In this document: positions 18,726-18,848 of the stretch, piece by piece
How positions within the stretch are numbered: position 1 is the first letter of the stretch
How the letters are laid out: each line of letters starts with the position of its first letter
Assembly: GCA_030141605.1 (NCBI GenBank)
Contig: JAQGDQ010002491.1
Coordinates: forward strand, 1-18,848
Source of the DNA: Tubiluchus corallicola
Lineage: Eukaryota > Animalia > Priapulida
Reading direction: 5' to 3'
DNA length: 18,848 nucleotides
The notes under the pieces: model-generated
The model's database searches: none
What the model was told of the DNA's origin: nothing
What the model saw: only the letters and a program-made list of their open reading frames with translations
Program-made: the position numbers and the translations under genes

Positions 18726-18848
18726 GTGAATATAATAAAACTAAAAGAAATAGAATCTACAAATGAATACATAAAAAATATTAATAATAAAGAAAACTAT
18801 ACTCTAGTAATAAGTGAAAGACAAACTAATGGAAAAGGGAGAAGAGGT
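18726..18848 (+). CDS. birA: Second copy of the birA 5' end, cut by the window edge
   Basis: GTG AAT ATA ATA AAA CTA... translates to NIIKLKEIESTNEY...QTNGKGRRG, identical to 14780-14658 on the minus strand. Confidence 0.85.
   Translation, partial: MNIIKLKEIESTNEYIKNINNKENYTLVISERQTNGKGRRG

Larger units (their letters stand above)
17930..18848 (+). repeat. Right arm of long inverted duplication, open at the window end
   Basis: Matches the reverse complement of 14658-15580 up to the last base of the window. Confidence 0.97.

Overview
AT-rich bacterial DNA; gene content and protein style suggest an anaerobe, possibly Fusobacteriota (inference). Positions 1-10257 (+) hold a branched-chain amino acid cluster: ilvD 3' end, a RimJ/RimL-type GNAT, ilvA, ilvB, ilvN, leuA, a perfect 315-bp tandem duplication, leuC, leuD, leuB, ilvC. 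It converges at a perfect 50-bp palindrome on a minus-strand operon: birA, mnmA, Xaa-Pro aminopeptidase, a THUMP-less ThiI-like PP-loop protein and a small membrane protein. The right end has a >=920-bp inverted duplication (14658-15580 vs 17930-18848, running off the window). It brackets a MORN-repeat gene, a 3-methyladenine DNA glycosylase and the 5' half of a beta-phosphoglucomutase, and fuses the MORN gene in frame to the pgmB 3' half at a microhomology. Homopolymer indels in birA, mnmA and both repeat copies, plus small deletions in pgmB, make a fold-back chimera with long-read errors the most likely explanation. The best biological leads are an IlvC with an NADH-type cofactor loop, a plant-plastid-like LeuCD pair and the operon-embedded acetyltransferase. 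I found no CRISPR array, RNA gene, mobile element or clearly new multi-gene system.
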